A stretch of 64,000 bases of DNA from Amphiscolops sp. MND2022 (lineage: Eukaryota), in assembly GCA_964187785.1 (NCBI GenBank), contig OZ076409.1, positions 36,396,001-36,460,000 of the forward strand, written 5' to 3'. Shown one piece after another: positions 12,101 through 25,100 of the stretch. The translations under genes were made by a program, and so were the position numbers. The notes beneath the pieces are model-generated. The model did not search any database and was not told the DNA's origin. It saw only the letters and a list, made by a program, of their open reading frames with translations. Each line of letters begins with the position of its first letter. Position 1 is the stretch's first letter.

Positions 12101-13008
12101 GAATCGCCTAAGCCTCCATAGTCAGTGATGGCCTGGTCTTCTGAGTCGATGAAGGGCGAGTCGCCTGTTTCAGCGTCACTTGAGTCACTGTCTACACACC
12201 TAAAGGGAGTCTGCGCTCGTGACTTAAAATGACTGGTTCGCGAAGGAGCAATTGTTGGCCTACCTCGAACAGCGTCCAAAATCATCCGTTCCATTGTGCT
12301 ATGGGACATTCGGAGTGTTTCATCGGTCAAGACACGCAATAGATGGTACACTTGGGACTCCGTGAAGGTGACTGCTGTTTGTCCTGGTGGGATCCGGAAG
12401 GCGTTTGTCTCATCGAAATAAGTTTTCAAAATAGCCCGTGCTCGACCAGAAAGTTCAGAAGGCTGTGAATCAGTACCCCGAGAAGTGGATGCAACCTTTC
12501 CAGGCTGTTGTTGCTGGCTGAGGATGGTTATGTCAGGATGGTCACTAGTTTCAGCCCCGGATTCGGATATCCCGGGGATACCTCCGTATAGGGAAGGGCA
12601 ACCGCCACTGCTTGTCTCCTCGGTTGTCTTCTCTCCCTCACTGAAATCAGCCAGGAATCGCACCTTGGGCTCATGCGTGGGCAACATGGGAGCCTCATAT
12701 ACGGAAGACTCGCAATCTTCATCATCAACCAACTCTCCAATCTTTGAAGCGGCAGCCTCAACTTGTACAGCAGGAAGAAGCTCAGATAGCTGGGATTCGG
12801 GATTATTGACAACCATTAACCCTGATTCCAAAGCATTTAGGCTAGTTTGTGACGCACCTGCTGCATCAATCAGTATTGGGGTGCTGGACCGGACTGGGAC
12901 TAGAGACAGGGGAGTTTGGTCTCCAGTGGGAGTTTCAGTACTGGTCGTGGTCATGGTATGATCCACAGAAGTTGGCTGTTCTTGTGACTGAGGTCTTTCA
13001 GCCTCCAT
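9118..13008 (-). CDS. Antisense five-exon cargo gene, ~1,190 aa BED-finger / hAT-transposase-like protein (one 1-nt lesion)
   Basis: Exons 13008-11302, 11224-10739, 10646-10512, 10430-10348, 10280-9118. Introns of 77, 92, 81 and 67 nt with GTAAGT (x3) or GTTAGT donors and pyrimidine-rich YAG acceptors. Splicing joins three computed ORFs in frame, except one extra base near exon 4. Zinc finger WCHIC...RHHRTERH. Confidence 0.8.
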
Positions 13009-14310
13009 TTCGCGTACTTGGCCTCTGCATATATGTTCACATCCTCACTTTCAACGCTTGGAGGGGAAGTCTCAGATCTGATGACACTTGTTGTATTTGG
13101 AACAACACCTCCTTCAGGAACTGTCTGGAGTAATCCGGAGGGGTTTGATGTAGTCCCAACTTCCAAAGTCTGATTATCAAAATAGAAAGAGATAAAATTG
13201 AGCGGTATGCTTCCTTAGAAAGAATCCATTTTACCGCGTTAAAAATCTTCCGGAAGTGATTCGAAAATTGAATGAAGCGTGTTTTCACGTGTTTAATTGT
13301 TGGAAACAGGAAGCGTTATGTGAACGATGTTTGGCCCTGATCAAGCTAAACTTGTTCAAAAGAAAAATGAGGAAGTCAGACCAACCTGGATTACAAGACA
13401 TGTTTTGTGGTGATGTCCGTACGGCAACAGTCCAACGTGGGATGATAGAAGCGTAAGAAGTTGGTCAAACTCGGCTTGAAGATGGAGACCTGGGATACTC
13501 CGACGAAGTGGGAGAACAAGGATGAGAAAGGAGCCGGATAGGGACGAGTAGTAGTCAATTAGATGTGAAGGATGAAACAAATAAACAACGAATTGGAATG
13601 GAATTGAAATAGGGTAAAGCAATTGGAAAATTGGAGTTCGTGGCAGAAGAAATTACCAGACTAATATTATTTGATTATTTACATATTTAAAATTGTGCAT
13701 GGAATCTGCCAGTGAAATGTACAACGACCTCTTCATTATTTACAGTTTACTTACTCAGTGGCCATTTACTGCCGGTTACCCTGTTTTGTTTCACCGTTTT
13801 GTTCAGTTGCCGTGGTTACCTTCAATAGGAATTTTCGCCATTTTGGAATTATTTAGATTTTTATTTGTCGCCATTTTATTATTCTTTTTTCAAATTATCG
13901 AAGCTTGGCTCTGATTGGTTGAAGCCATTACGAGAAATTTTGGTGACGCGTGCCGTTAATTGCTTACAAGCGACCCGTTAATTACCCACTTGAGACTGGT
14001 GTAGTTGATATTAATAATTCAAGCGTCATTCACACCTCTCATAGTGACGATGCTGATGAGGGGTAAACACTGAAATATCAAAGGGTGCCGACTAGTCATG
14101 AAATTCCATTCAGGAAAGTTTACGACGGATCAGGACGACCAACCGAAGTTTTAACCGTCACATTGGAAACTTCGGGGAAACACCTTACTCGGCTAAATTC
14201 TTGGATCTGATAAATTCATTCTACCCTAAACTTCATCACGATCCAGTTGCATCTACAAGCTTCAAAATAGCGAAAAAAGCCATCATGAGGGAATACAATC
14301 TCGCAAGAAG

Positions 14311-15069
14311 TTGTTTGACTTAGAAGAATTCGACTCGGATGGCTCTGAGAAATCTGTAATCTACATATCAAGCAGCGAGAGCGAAGCGTCGGACTGGGAG
14401 ACGGATTGTTCCACCGACACGGAGCAGCTGATAGCGCGGATAGAGAGAGAAGTAACATCTAGCCCTATGCTCATTGGGGGCAGGGTAATGACATCGGAGA
14501 AACCAGAAGAAGATGTGTCAGTGGCTGGACCAAGTACTTCTGGTGCAAATGCTGAAAAGTCGCCAAAAATGGACCATAAGTACTTTGACCTAGAAAGGTG
14601 CTATGCTCCCCCTAAGAGGATGGAAAAGTCACGCATCGAACTATGCAATACAATCTTGCCAGCCCTAGAGTCCCCGATGTCGCCACCAGACTATGAAAGG
14701 GGACCGAGTCAAGATACCCCTCTAGTCCAGCCATCAATGAACGGGTTCTATGCGTCCTACCACATCCAAAACACCAGGCCCTATGACAATCTGAGCAGTC
14801 AGAGATACACTGGGTGCATGGTGTGTGGGAAAACAGTGGACTTGATTAAAGACGAGAAGATCAATTGGTATATGGAGAGATCAACGCCGCGCGGAGAACC
14901 CGAATTTGTCATCAAACTGAGACGAGAAGCCTACATAAACGGACTGAATGCAGGTAGTCTACTTTTCATTGCTCCCGCAGTGTCGCAGGCTGCCGCCTGT
15001 GACGGAAATAATTACACTACATCGGCAGGGGAACAAAACTCGACACCAAGAACACTACTAATGTACTGA
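14311..15069 (+). CDS. Orphan cargo ORF (252 aa) ending inside the 3' LTR
   Basis: Long open frame with an acidic/Ser-rich N-terminus and a CMVC motif. The last 89 nt are LTR sequence. Start uncertain (TTG; out-of-frame ATG at 14285). Confidence 0.6.
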   Translation: MFDLEEFDSDGSEKSVIYISSSESEASDWETDCSTDTEQLIARIEREVTSSPMLIGGRVMTSEKPEEDVSVAGPSTSGANAEKSPKMDHKYFDLERCYAPPKRMEKSRIELCNTILPALESPMSPPDYERGPSQDTPLVQPSMNGFYASYHIQNTRPYDNLSSQRYTGCMVCGKTVDLIKDEKINWYMERSTPRGEPEFVIKLRREAYINGLNAGSLLFIAPAVSQAAACDGNNYTTSAGEQNSTPRTLLMY

Positions 15070-16885
15070 ATACAGGCTATGAACTTTAGAAACTTGTCCT
15101 TATTCAACGTTAGTTGTTATTTTACGTATTCATGTAATAGTTTTGTATTTAGATGAAGTTAAAATTAGTCCGTTAAAATTGTACAATTTGGAAATATCCA
15201 AATTAGGCTACTTTGTAACAGTGTGCAGTTGAAATGTAAATCGTTGAATCAAAAGCAGTACTAATAGAAGCAACTGTAAAGCGGTATAGGAAACGAGTTC
15301 AAGTGACGTTCAGCGATAATCCAAAAACGTCACTTGAGCTCACCTTTCTAACCAATCACAGCGCTTCAATTCACGAGTGCAATATGACTTTGATTTGGTA
15401 GTGGCCGAATATGGCCAATTGACTTAATGTCCACGGATTGTTTTATGCTTTGGTCAAATGGCCGATTTAGGCAGTCTTAACGTAACGAATGATGCTGAAT
15501 TATTTGTACTCATAATTAACCATATTAGTTGGGGACTATTCTAGAAGTGCTTTAATATTAAAATAATACCAACGTACCCTTCAACAAACCAAATGAACCG
15601 AGCGCTGATCAAAGGCCGGATAAGGCCTTTTACCCTTACTCCCCTCAGTATTGTGCTATTAATCAGGATTTGGCCAATTTCGGCCCTTTTAGGAAAAACC
15701 CTGTTTTAGTGATGCAATGATGTTTAAATAGATTGGGCATGTATTATTTGAATTTGCTTCCCCCTACGTTGACCTATAGCCACGTGGTAGCACGTGCTAA
15801 CACTGCATACCAGTGCTACGAGTCTCGCATTCCATCAACAAGCTTAACATTTGTTGACATTGCAATAATAATATGTAGCATAGATATGTTGTTTGAAGTA
15901 CCGTTAAGTGTATTTACCATTATGTCAATTGTTTGATGTTACATTTCGGGAGACAAATATGTCAGGAATTCTCCCAATCAGGATTTCACAGAAATATGTG
16001 ATTGATGCTTTCCGTTGATATAGAAAATATGTAAACAGAGGTTCTTATGGTGCAGATACCTTTCAAAACCATACCTGTTGAATACCAGAGATATGTAAAA
16101 ATCAAGTGCATTACATAGCTTACAATGTCAATCTTGGATGAAAATATGTAAAATATGTGAGTGTCACCCACTCAGGGGTATAAATACCGGTGTTTAGCCT
16201 GAGTAGGACACAAAAATCATATTAAACTACTCTAGAAAAGATTGATCTCCAAACGGCTTCGCTGTTATTTCCGTATTGATTAATTTATTATTGATTCGGA
16301 ACTGTTTCAATGCCCACCACTAGAAAGCAAGAAAGTCAAGAGGACTTAAAATGTTATCTGATATTGAAAATCTGGATATCATGTTAGGTGAGAACCATTT
16401 TGGTACCAGAGAAAGAGAAGGCAGCTTGAATAGTAATCCACCTTGAAGATCTAGAAGATTTGCAAGTAATGAGTCTGAAAATGAAGACGGAAACATAGGT
16501 AGATCCCAGAGAAATATTGACTCTAGGATGAATGCCGAATGTGACCGCAATTCTGTCACAGGTAATTCTAGCGCTGAAATAAACAGGTTGTCCAGCGATT
16601 TAAATTCTCGTATTTCGCGTGAAATGGACGAGATGATGAATTCTGTGAGTGTCCAAATACAAAGAGCCATAAGCGATGCGATAAGTACTCAAGTGCTTCC
16701 TCAAATCCAAAATGTCATTAAGGCCGGATCAGGACATGGGACCAGAAAAGGATGGGACGTTCCGTCTGAGAGACCGGAACCAAATTCTGAAGTTCAGCGA
16801 AATCTTAACGCAAAGAGTAGCTTAAGAAATGAACAGGATGAGAATCAATTGAACAATGATTACCCTGACCTAAATGTTCATGACA
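14981..16885 (+). repeat. 3' LTR (1905 bp), contains a dead copy of the gag 5' end
   Basis: Matches 652-2552. The gag-like frame from 16351 is interrupted by TGA at 16444. Followed by the ATTAC TSD. Confidence 0.95.
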
Positions 16886-18797
16886 ATTACTAAACTTTTA
16901 TCTCGTAGTTTTAAAGAAGTTCAAAAATACTTAGGACCCTTAGAATGTGGGTTAGACTTCTTACTTGACGTAAGGCTTTGTACTAAGAAGCTGAACAAAA
17001 AGTAACTAGTCTTTTTAGAAGTTTGCTTTTTTCAGTAAGGGCCGACTAAACCCACGTGGAGGAAAATGACCTCCTGCATAGTGCCGAATTTTATCGCATT
17101 TCAGAAGAAAACACACCTTCTAAAACATTTCCTCTTCAACAACTGCATAATGAAATTTTCAGTTGGGTTGCACTTTTTTCAAACATCTCCTCAGCCACAA
17201 TAAAGAGCTTCAGAGGACTCCTAGCTGCCATACGAATCACATTAAAATAGAAATTTGATTATTATGTTGAATCAACATGTGGAAACTAAAAATTCAGAAT
17301 AAATTTTTTCAGGCTCTTTGATTTCTTGGATGTAATCAACAAAAAGGACGTTCTGCAGTCAAATGGCCACGATAATTTAGTTTACTCTCAGTGAGTAACT
17401 GGTCAAATCCTGTTTACCGAGATTTAGCCGGAGAAAAATGGGTCAGGTAATTGCTGTTAAATTTGTTTAAAATGTATCGGATACTTGGTATTTACTAATA
17501 ATTGTTTAAACCCGATTTTTTCCAGAACCTTATAACTTCGTGAAAGTGACTCGCCAAACAAGCAATTAAACGAGTAAGTCAAGAAACAAATCTAGATAAT
17601 AAGTCTCTCCTCTGCAGAAGAGTCGTTTCCTTTTTGGGAATTGCTCCTCCTTTCAATCAATTTTAAAAACGGGGCGGAAATTCTGCCATTCATACAGGAA
17701 GTTCGATTTTTTTGCGAAATAGCAGCATGTCTGCGAAGTTGATTATACAGGGATGATCAACTCCGCTGGAAAGTGTTGGGCGAGAGAAGAAAGAGCAGAG
17801 CTAAGACCATGTGCTACTAGGCAGAGTGTTATTCTGCACAGTCGGGGTTACTTTCAGAGATTATAAGGAGTTAGAACAGAGTAAAATAAAAAAAAGAGGT
17901 GAAGCCATTAATTCTTGGAGACAACATAAAATTTGGGTGCATCGCCCGGAAATTGTCGACATTTGCCTTCTTTTGCTCTCTCTTTATTAGCGGGGAATCA
18001 ATTTACAATCACCCGCACATGGCTCTGAATTTTGCAAGGGTTTTTTGATCTAGTACTCTTTTAATCGCATTAAATCGAAATTATTGCAGTTTTCTCCCGG
18101 ATCTCGTTTCCCCTCTTTTCCCGGCTGTGAGCGGAAACGAACGAAATGCTGTTTAACTTTCACACATCACTGCCCAAAATGTAACGCGATCGGTAACTTT
18201 TATTGTATTTGTCAGACAGTCATCAAACAGTGGAAACCAGTTAACGTCTCCAGAGATTCGTGGGCGTGGTTGAAGACATCTTCAACGGACGGGTACAGAC
18301 CTGAATTGGGTAGATTATCCTGACCATCTAGCTCCTTATCTTTACAGCACATACGTCCGAGGATAGCCACCATTACGCTTCCTTATCTCAAATTTCACCC
18401 ATTGGGAGTCTTATACGCAGGTTAATTATACCTCGCAGAAACTGGCTAAAGGAGATACGCCTAAAATAGTACAATTCCTTGTACTAGTCAAAATCCACAT
18501 CGTTTTAAAATTCCAGCAAACATCTCTACTTGACTAAAATTTTTTGGACACTGATAATATTCGGCTGAAGAAATGTCGGATTGGTTGATCGACTGACCGA
18601 AAAGATACTGGATTAGCCGAGGTGCACATTGCAGATTACATTGCAGATTTAATTTGCACACACAACAATAGACCAAAGCAATTTGACTCTAATTATATGA
18701 CCGTCGTAAATCAATGACAAAAGACAGAGACTGAGTTTACTAGCACGAAAACAGCAGCAGACTATTGGAGCAAAAGAGAATATCTTGAGGGGCGAGG

Positions 18798-19129
18798 ATG
18801 AGGGGAAACTCTATGGATGCCTCAGGGGGCGGTCGCGGTGATTCATTGGTGCAGTACCCTAACTCAATTCCCACTACAGGCAGCAATATCAGCAATATTT
18901 TCCTGAACGGATCTGATGGCGTCTTTATCGAGGGATTCATGGGTGTCAGCAACGACAGTCAGGGGTATGTAGAAATATTTCTGAATTTTATGAGATGAAA
19001 ATGATGAATATAAAAAAGTGGTGATTTTATAAGGTATAAAAATGCACTCTGCTATCGTTAGAGAATACTTCAAAATGGGATGAGTTTCGATGGGGCAAAG
19101 CCTTTCGAAAAGCAACACGGTTCCAAAAA

Positions 19130-19162
<33 letters not shown>

Positions 19163-22100
19163 TTCAATAAATCAGAGGGCATAAATTACAGACAATATTT
19201 TAAATTAAACATAGAGAATTTACAATGCAGGCCCTGAAAAGGACCCCTAAATGCACTTGGCTTTTCAAGAGGGATCTTTATTAATGGACTTTATTATACA
19301 TTTGTTTTTTTTGTGTGTATGGTGGTAGAGATTTCACATGTAGTACTCAGTTTTTATTTACTTGTAAATGAGATTGATCAGTTCTTTCTAGCCGGAAATG
19401 TCAATTTTTGAATGTTCACGATCGGTTCAACTAACAATGTCAAATGGCCAAAAGTTGTAAAACAAGCGGGGAACGGCCCAAGTCGGCGCCACATCTAAGG
19501 CTCAAAAATAGCAAAAGGAGTTCAAAGTGTCAAGTATTTTCTTTTACAGTACCCGAAAAACCCAAAAATTGGACCGAATTGGCGCGCTAAAAGGAACCAT
19601 TTGGGATTTTTCAACATTTCTGTCGCAAAACATCAACAAAATTGAAGGTGGACCCTTTAGTGAAAAAAATCCGAAAAAAATCCCACAATGCCAAAAAACT
19701 GGAAGTGTGGACCCTTTGGAATTTTTTAACGTCCATTCTATCGCAAAACATCAAAAAATTGAAAGGGGGACCTTTTGGTTAAAAAAATTCGAAAAAAGTC
19801 CCACAATGCCGGAAAAAACTGGAAACCCTTTAAATCCCGCCCGGTATTGTATGTTACGCAAATAAAAAAGAAAAAACCATTTTGGTTCAGTTCGCTAGGC
19901 CAAATGGTTCAATTTGACACCATAAAATTTCGTAGAACTTTCAAGAACTATTTTGGTCTGTTCGTGTAGATTGAAGCGTCGACTTCATGAAGCGTCGACT
20001 AAAAACGTATCACGAACTCTGATTTTAAAAAAGGTGTATTGATTGGTTTTATTTCCAAATATATATCGTCTTTCACGTATGCTAAACTGTACCCTGTGGT
20101 TGTGCAGCAGCTACATGCAGACTGATTCGACGTCCATCTTCTACTTCTACATGTTCATAGCAGTGTTGGGTGTCTCCTTGAATGGCACGGTGGCGGGGGT
20201 GATATTGTACAACAAGAGGATGCGCATAGTGCCCAACATGTTCATCCTCAACCTGACCATCTCTGACCTCTTGTTCTGTCTGGGAATGCCGCTCATTGTT
20301 CACTCCACCACAGTGCACAAGTGGACGCTCGGAGTATTCCTCTGCAAAATCGCAAACGGTGAGTCACTTCATTCGTTAAGTAAACAAAATAATCCAAACC
20401 TGGCACACGATTTGCTGAAATTTACAAGCTTGGTGCTACATAAGTCCAGAAAAAATAACAGTAATCTTGAATAACACCGTTAGAAAAGCATCGACTTTTA
20501 AAAAATTTGGAGAATTCAGCCTAGAATTTCCCATCACAGTATTATAAAATATGTGTTATAATACTCACACTAAAAAACCTCATTTTAGCTTCGTTACAGT
20601 TTTATATTCATGGAAGACTAAAATATCTATTTCCAGATCTGAAGTAAAGAAGCTTCCATCCGTTTTACTATACGGAACAAAATTACCATCACACTTCCAT
20701 GCGATGACAAACATGGGACCATGGCATCCATGGCATCCATGGCAATTGTATACGTTTCTGTACACGTTGGAAGTTGTATGAAGCTTTACCGTTTCTATGG
20801 AATCATATTGTTTCGATTATAATTAACTGATTAGGAACCGTATGTTTCTATGCATAACGTCTATGGATTTATGGATTTACGGCAATCAATGCAAGATTGT
20901 AATTACAATGTACTCAAAGGCGCATTTCTGATGTGAATAATATCGTAAACTTGGTGCTTCTGTTCCTCTTTAGGTTTGAAAGCTCCACAGCAAAGCAACC
21001 TGTTCAATTTGGGCATCCCAATTTCTTAATATTTCGCCTGAAAAGAACACAAGTGTTGTACTTGAAAATTTGAAGCTGCGTTCTAAAGCGTTTTAAAGGT
21101 CCAATCTTTGAGAGTACTAAAATTTGTGTTTTGATTGGTTCACTCAGACGAAAATTTGTGAAAATAGTTTCTAGAGTTTGAATCTCATGAGTTACCCCGA
21201 TCCTAGGCACCATGGTTCCATTGGAAGATTTCACACCATTTCCAAACATGGAATTGTTGGAACAATATGGTTCCATGCATGAAATTGCATGGATTTTAGA
21301 CATGATTAATAAATTCATTTTGATGAATTAATCGATAAATTATTTCGTTCTATGAATTATTACAATATAACTATATACAACATTACTACGACATTCCCCA
21401 ACTAAACAGCTTGCATCCACCAAGGACACAATGTTTACACTACGTAAGCTTCGATTACTCAGAAACATTTCTAATTAACCCGGAGCAAATTTCTATAAAG
21501 CAAACGGTGATAGGGTGTACGTATAGCCGCCCGATAATAAGGCAGAAACAATTTATAGCAGAAACGAATTAAATTCTCGTTTGTGATTAGTCGCTCCATT
21601 CGACAGTGAGCTTTATGAACTTTCGACAATGATCAAACTATTACGTAACTTTGCAACCGACCGTAGTAAATGTAAAACAATGCATGCAAACTTTTCTACA
21701 ATAGTGTAAGAAAAAAACTGAACCTTTATTTGTAAAAATGAATTGGACAAACAAAACTAGCTATGATTTCCGCTATCATCCAAGATATTTGAACATCAAA
21801 TAAACAAACATTCTGAAGTTTTCGTGGGCAATTGAAATGTAGTTTGTTGTTTGCAAATATCGTTTGAAATTGTTGATTGGAATTGTTGTTTGCAAATAAG
21901 GAAGAACTTCCTAATTTCATTTTTCGTTGATTGCTTCCGAATTGGCATATGGGACATCATTTTAGAAAATTTTGTAACATTTGGCACCGTAATTTGTATC
22001 TTTCGTTTATTTGGTATATTTGGCAGGTACTTCTTCATTTCCTGAAGACATTCAACTGTTTTACATTACAATTGGCATTATATAGCTTTTGATGAGTGGT

Positions 22101-25100
22101 TTCAACTATTTCATATCATTTACTATCTTAATAGGTGAGATACGGCTCTATTCTTCGCAAAGATTGAGGATTATGTTTTCGGCCTCATATTTTCTACCAA
22201 TTTTCTATCGAGAATCTGCTAATTAGGGCGACTGTATTTATAGTTTTAAACATTCAATTGGTCTTTCCAGTCCAATAAATATATCAGTGAAATAGAAAAT
22301 GAACAAAATCCCCATGTACAATGCTAGCTTTGTTTACATGCAGTCCAAACATCAAATTGCAGTAACATTCTGTTCGTCACTTTGAAACAAAATAGGCGCG
22401 ACGGCATGTCGCGTTTGACTTCGAGCAGAAACGTTCGATGCTAGAATAACAAAAACTTTGATGGTGAAAAACTAGCCTACATTTTGCCGTATTTCTGCGA
22501 ACGAATAGTTTCTGTAGCTATTTTCAGTTACTATCTGTTGTCCTCGAAATATCAGCTTCAAATTGGGAAAAACTCGGATAACTTTTTCCAACTTTTTCAT
22601 GGTCTCCGGATTTAGTCTTGGTTCTGGGATATAGGAGCTTGAGTATAAAAGAACTATGAAAAAACGAAAAAAAATCAAGTATTTTGGCAGGAAAGCGAAG
22701 GCGTCATACTTCATGACGGAAACTTCCATGGTACAAAAACTAGTTTTCCGTGGCGTACCTTGTGAAGGAGAATGATTCCGATCTAGTTTCAGTTTTGAGA
22801 AATATGAGCTACAAGTTGGAAAAAATTCACACTGTTCTTTCATCCCTTTTTTGCTCATAAAAACTGATGAAAATTTTTTTATGTCATTTCCGGCGAAAAT
22901 TTAGCCTACGGAACCATTGTACAATTTACGAAACCATGGACTCCGTATTTGGTTTCGGTTCTGAGATTTAGCAGAGAAGTATAAAAGAACAGAAAAACGA
23001 AGGCATCATACTTGATGCCGGAAACTTTGATGGTACAAAAACTAGCCTACATCCTTGCCTCACTTCGTGAGGGAGACAGGTTTTCGTATCTGTTTTCAGT
23101 TTTGAGAAAAATAAGCTTCAAATTGGAAAAAATACAGACCGTTTTTTCATCGTTTTTTCCCAAAGATAATGAAAAATTTTTGACGTCATTTTCAGGCTAA
23201 CATAGCTAACGTAGCCTACGAAATGGTTGCAAATTTCACGAAACATTGGATTGTGTTCGTTTTCAGTTCTGAATTCACAGGGGATCAAAGAAGGAAGACT
23301 TCGAAACTTTCAGAAATTTGCAAAAAAAGTGAAGTCGATTTTCTTTCAATTTTTTGCCGGCAAAAATGTAGCCAAGAATTTGCACAACTTTTAGCGAAAA
23401 CATGGTATCTATGTCTATTCTCGGTTTTGAGAAATTTGCCTCACAAGTATGAAAAAAGCACATTTTTGCAAAGCTCGAAGCCCCAATAACTCATTAGCGA
23501 CGGCTACATAGATGTCAACTGAATGATTAAAATAGAATCTCGCAACTTGAACAGTGACGAACCTACAAAAAAGGTCTCCTAGAAGTTATAAACACAATTT
23601 TAGAAACATTTTGATGAAGTGGTTCTAAAAACTTGATCACGATCAAAGTGAAAAAATATATACTTGAACAACGGCTCCGCTGTATTGAGAACAAACGACC
23701 CATTTATAATATGTGGATACTGAAGATTTTGAAATTGAACTGTACGAACCCAAATTGATCATAGTCATGCTTTGTCTCGGAAAAAATATATATTTCAAAA
23801 AGAATAAAACTCATCATAGTCAACAATGGGTGTAGTTTTCGACTGTGTTTTTCGGACACTCGCTACTATGACCACTGCAACTAAATAATTTGCTTCTAGA
23901 ACATTTGATACTATTGGCCTATTGCTACTAAGCAAATTGCCACTAATTTGGCGCAACTACGTAGTAACCAATAAAATCATTCAGTGAATCATGAACACAA
24001 TCAAGTTTGCTTGAATTTGCCATATTTTTTCTGAAAATTACAGGTTGAATAGGTCCTAACATGCTACAGAAGGATACAACGATGGATTTTTCTCTGTTTT
24101 AAGACTCAGCATGAAAGAAGTTGACTAGTCGTGACATAGTTAACAGCAGGCTAGAATTAGTAACAAACTACCTAGAATCAAATGTCGTAGTAACAAACAT
24201 CCTGTAAGTGTTTTCAGAACTACTATCTAAAACTTGCATGACGCAAATATGATTACAATGACTTACGATACACCATCAAAAAAGTATAATATTATACTAG
24301 TATTCGGAAACATCAAGATATTTTCAAATTCTGGAATAAGTCATATCATTTTATGGAATCCAATATAAAGTACCCTATGGTTCTATATGGAATCGCATGG
24401 AATTCCAGAATTCCAAGTCGCGTTAGCTGCCGGCATCCATGAGAATAATCCGGCGCAAATTTATTAATCTATGATGGCTGAATTTTGGGGCTTAGCTGCA
24501 GCTTTTATTGTTTTAGGTCTATTCAGGCTTACCATTGTGGTTCTCCTTGGTTTAATTAAACAAAACGAAAAGTATCACTGTACCATTCTTTCTAAGGCTG
24601 ATATGATAAATTTGATGTTTCTTACCCCGAAAACATATTTCCTTCAAATTTAATGACGAGTCCCAAAAATAGCAAAGATTTCAGGTCTGAAAAACGTTAT
24701 TCAATTCAAGACATGACATTTTAAGACGTGAGATTGCTGAACTTTGACGTCATTATCAGTGATATTTCGGTTGTGCTAACAGGTATCGATGCACTGAACC
24801 AGTTCACGGGTATCTTCACCATAGTGATGATGTCGATTGAGAGATACATGGCCATTGTACATTGCATGCGTGCAGTCAACTTCAGGATGCGCACCATGAA
24901 GGGTTGTCTGACCAACATAGCCCTTGTCTGGCTCATCGCTACCGTGATCACCCAGCCAGCGTGGTTCACTGCCGACGTCGAGACCATTAATGGCAAGACC
25001 ATGTGTCACCTCGCTATGGGCGAATTTGGGTGAGCTGCAGTTTCGAAAGCACTTTAATAGTCATAATAAATCTTTTGAAACCCCTAGAAAAGGAAGTAAA

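Larger units (their letters stand above)
652..16885 (+). mobile_element. Full-length Gypsy/Ty3 LTR retrotransposon (16.2 kb) with extra cargo genes
   Basis: Direct repeats 652-2552 and 14981-16885 with TGTC...GACA termini. ATTAC TSD at 647-651 and 16886-16890. Domain order gag, PR, RT, RH, IN. Confidence 0.96.
13..17050 (+). repeat. Dispersed non-autonomous repeat copy split by the Gypsy insertion (13-651 and 16891-17050)
   Basis: Starts AACAAGCCGTGAATGGCCCAAGTCGG like the copies at 19461 and 25787; ends GGCCGACTAAA like their 3' ends. Confidence 0.55.

Noticed and set aside
9118..15069. Cargo as an env gene (errantivirus-like)
   Set aside because: The main gene is antisense and spliced; neither product shows a signal peptide, furin site plus fusion peptide, or TM anchor.
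16528..16893. 121-aa ORF as an independent gene
   Set aside because: Just the gag 5' copy in the 3' LTR, downstream of a premature stop.
20690..24420. CCATGG/ATGGAA-rich patches and internally repeated blocks (22440-23500) in GPCR intron 2
   Set aside because: Look like decayed repeats; no boundaries or coding signal could be established.
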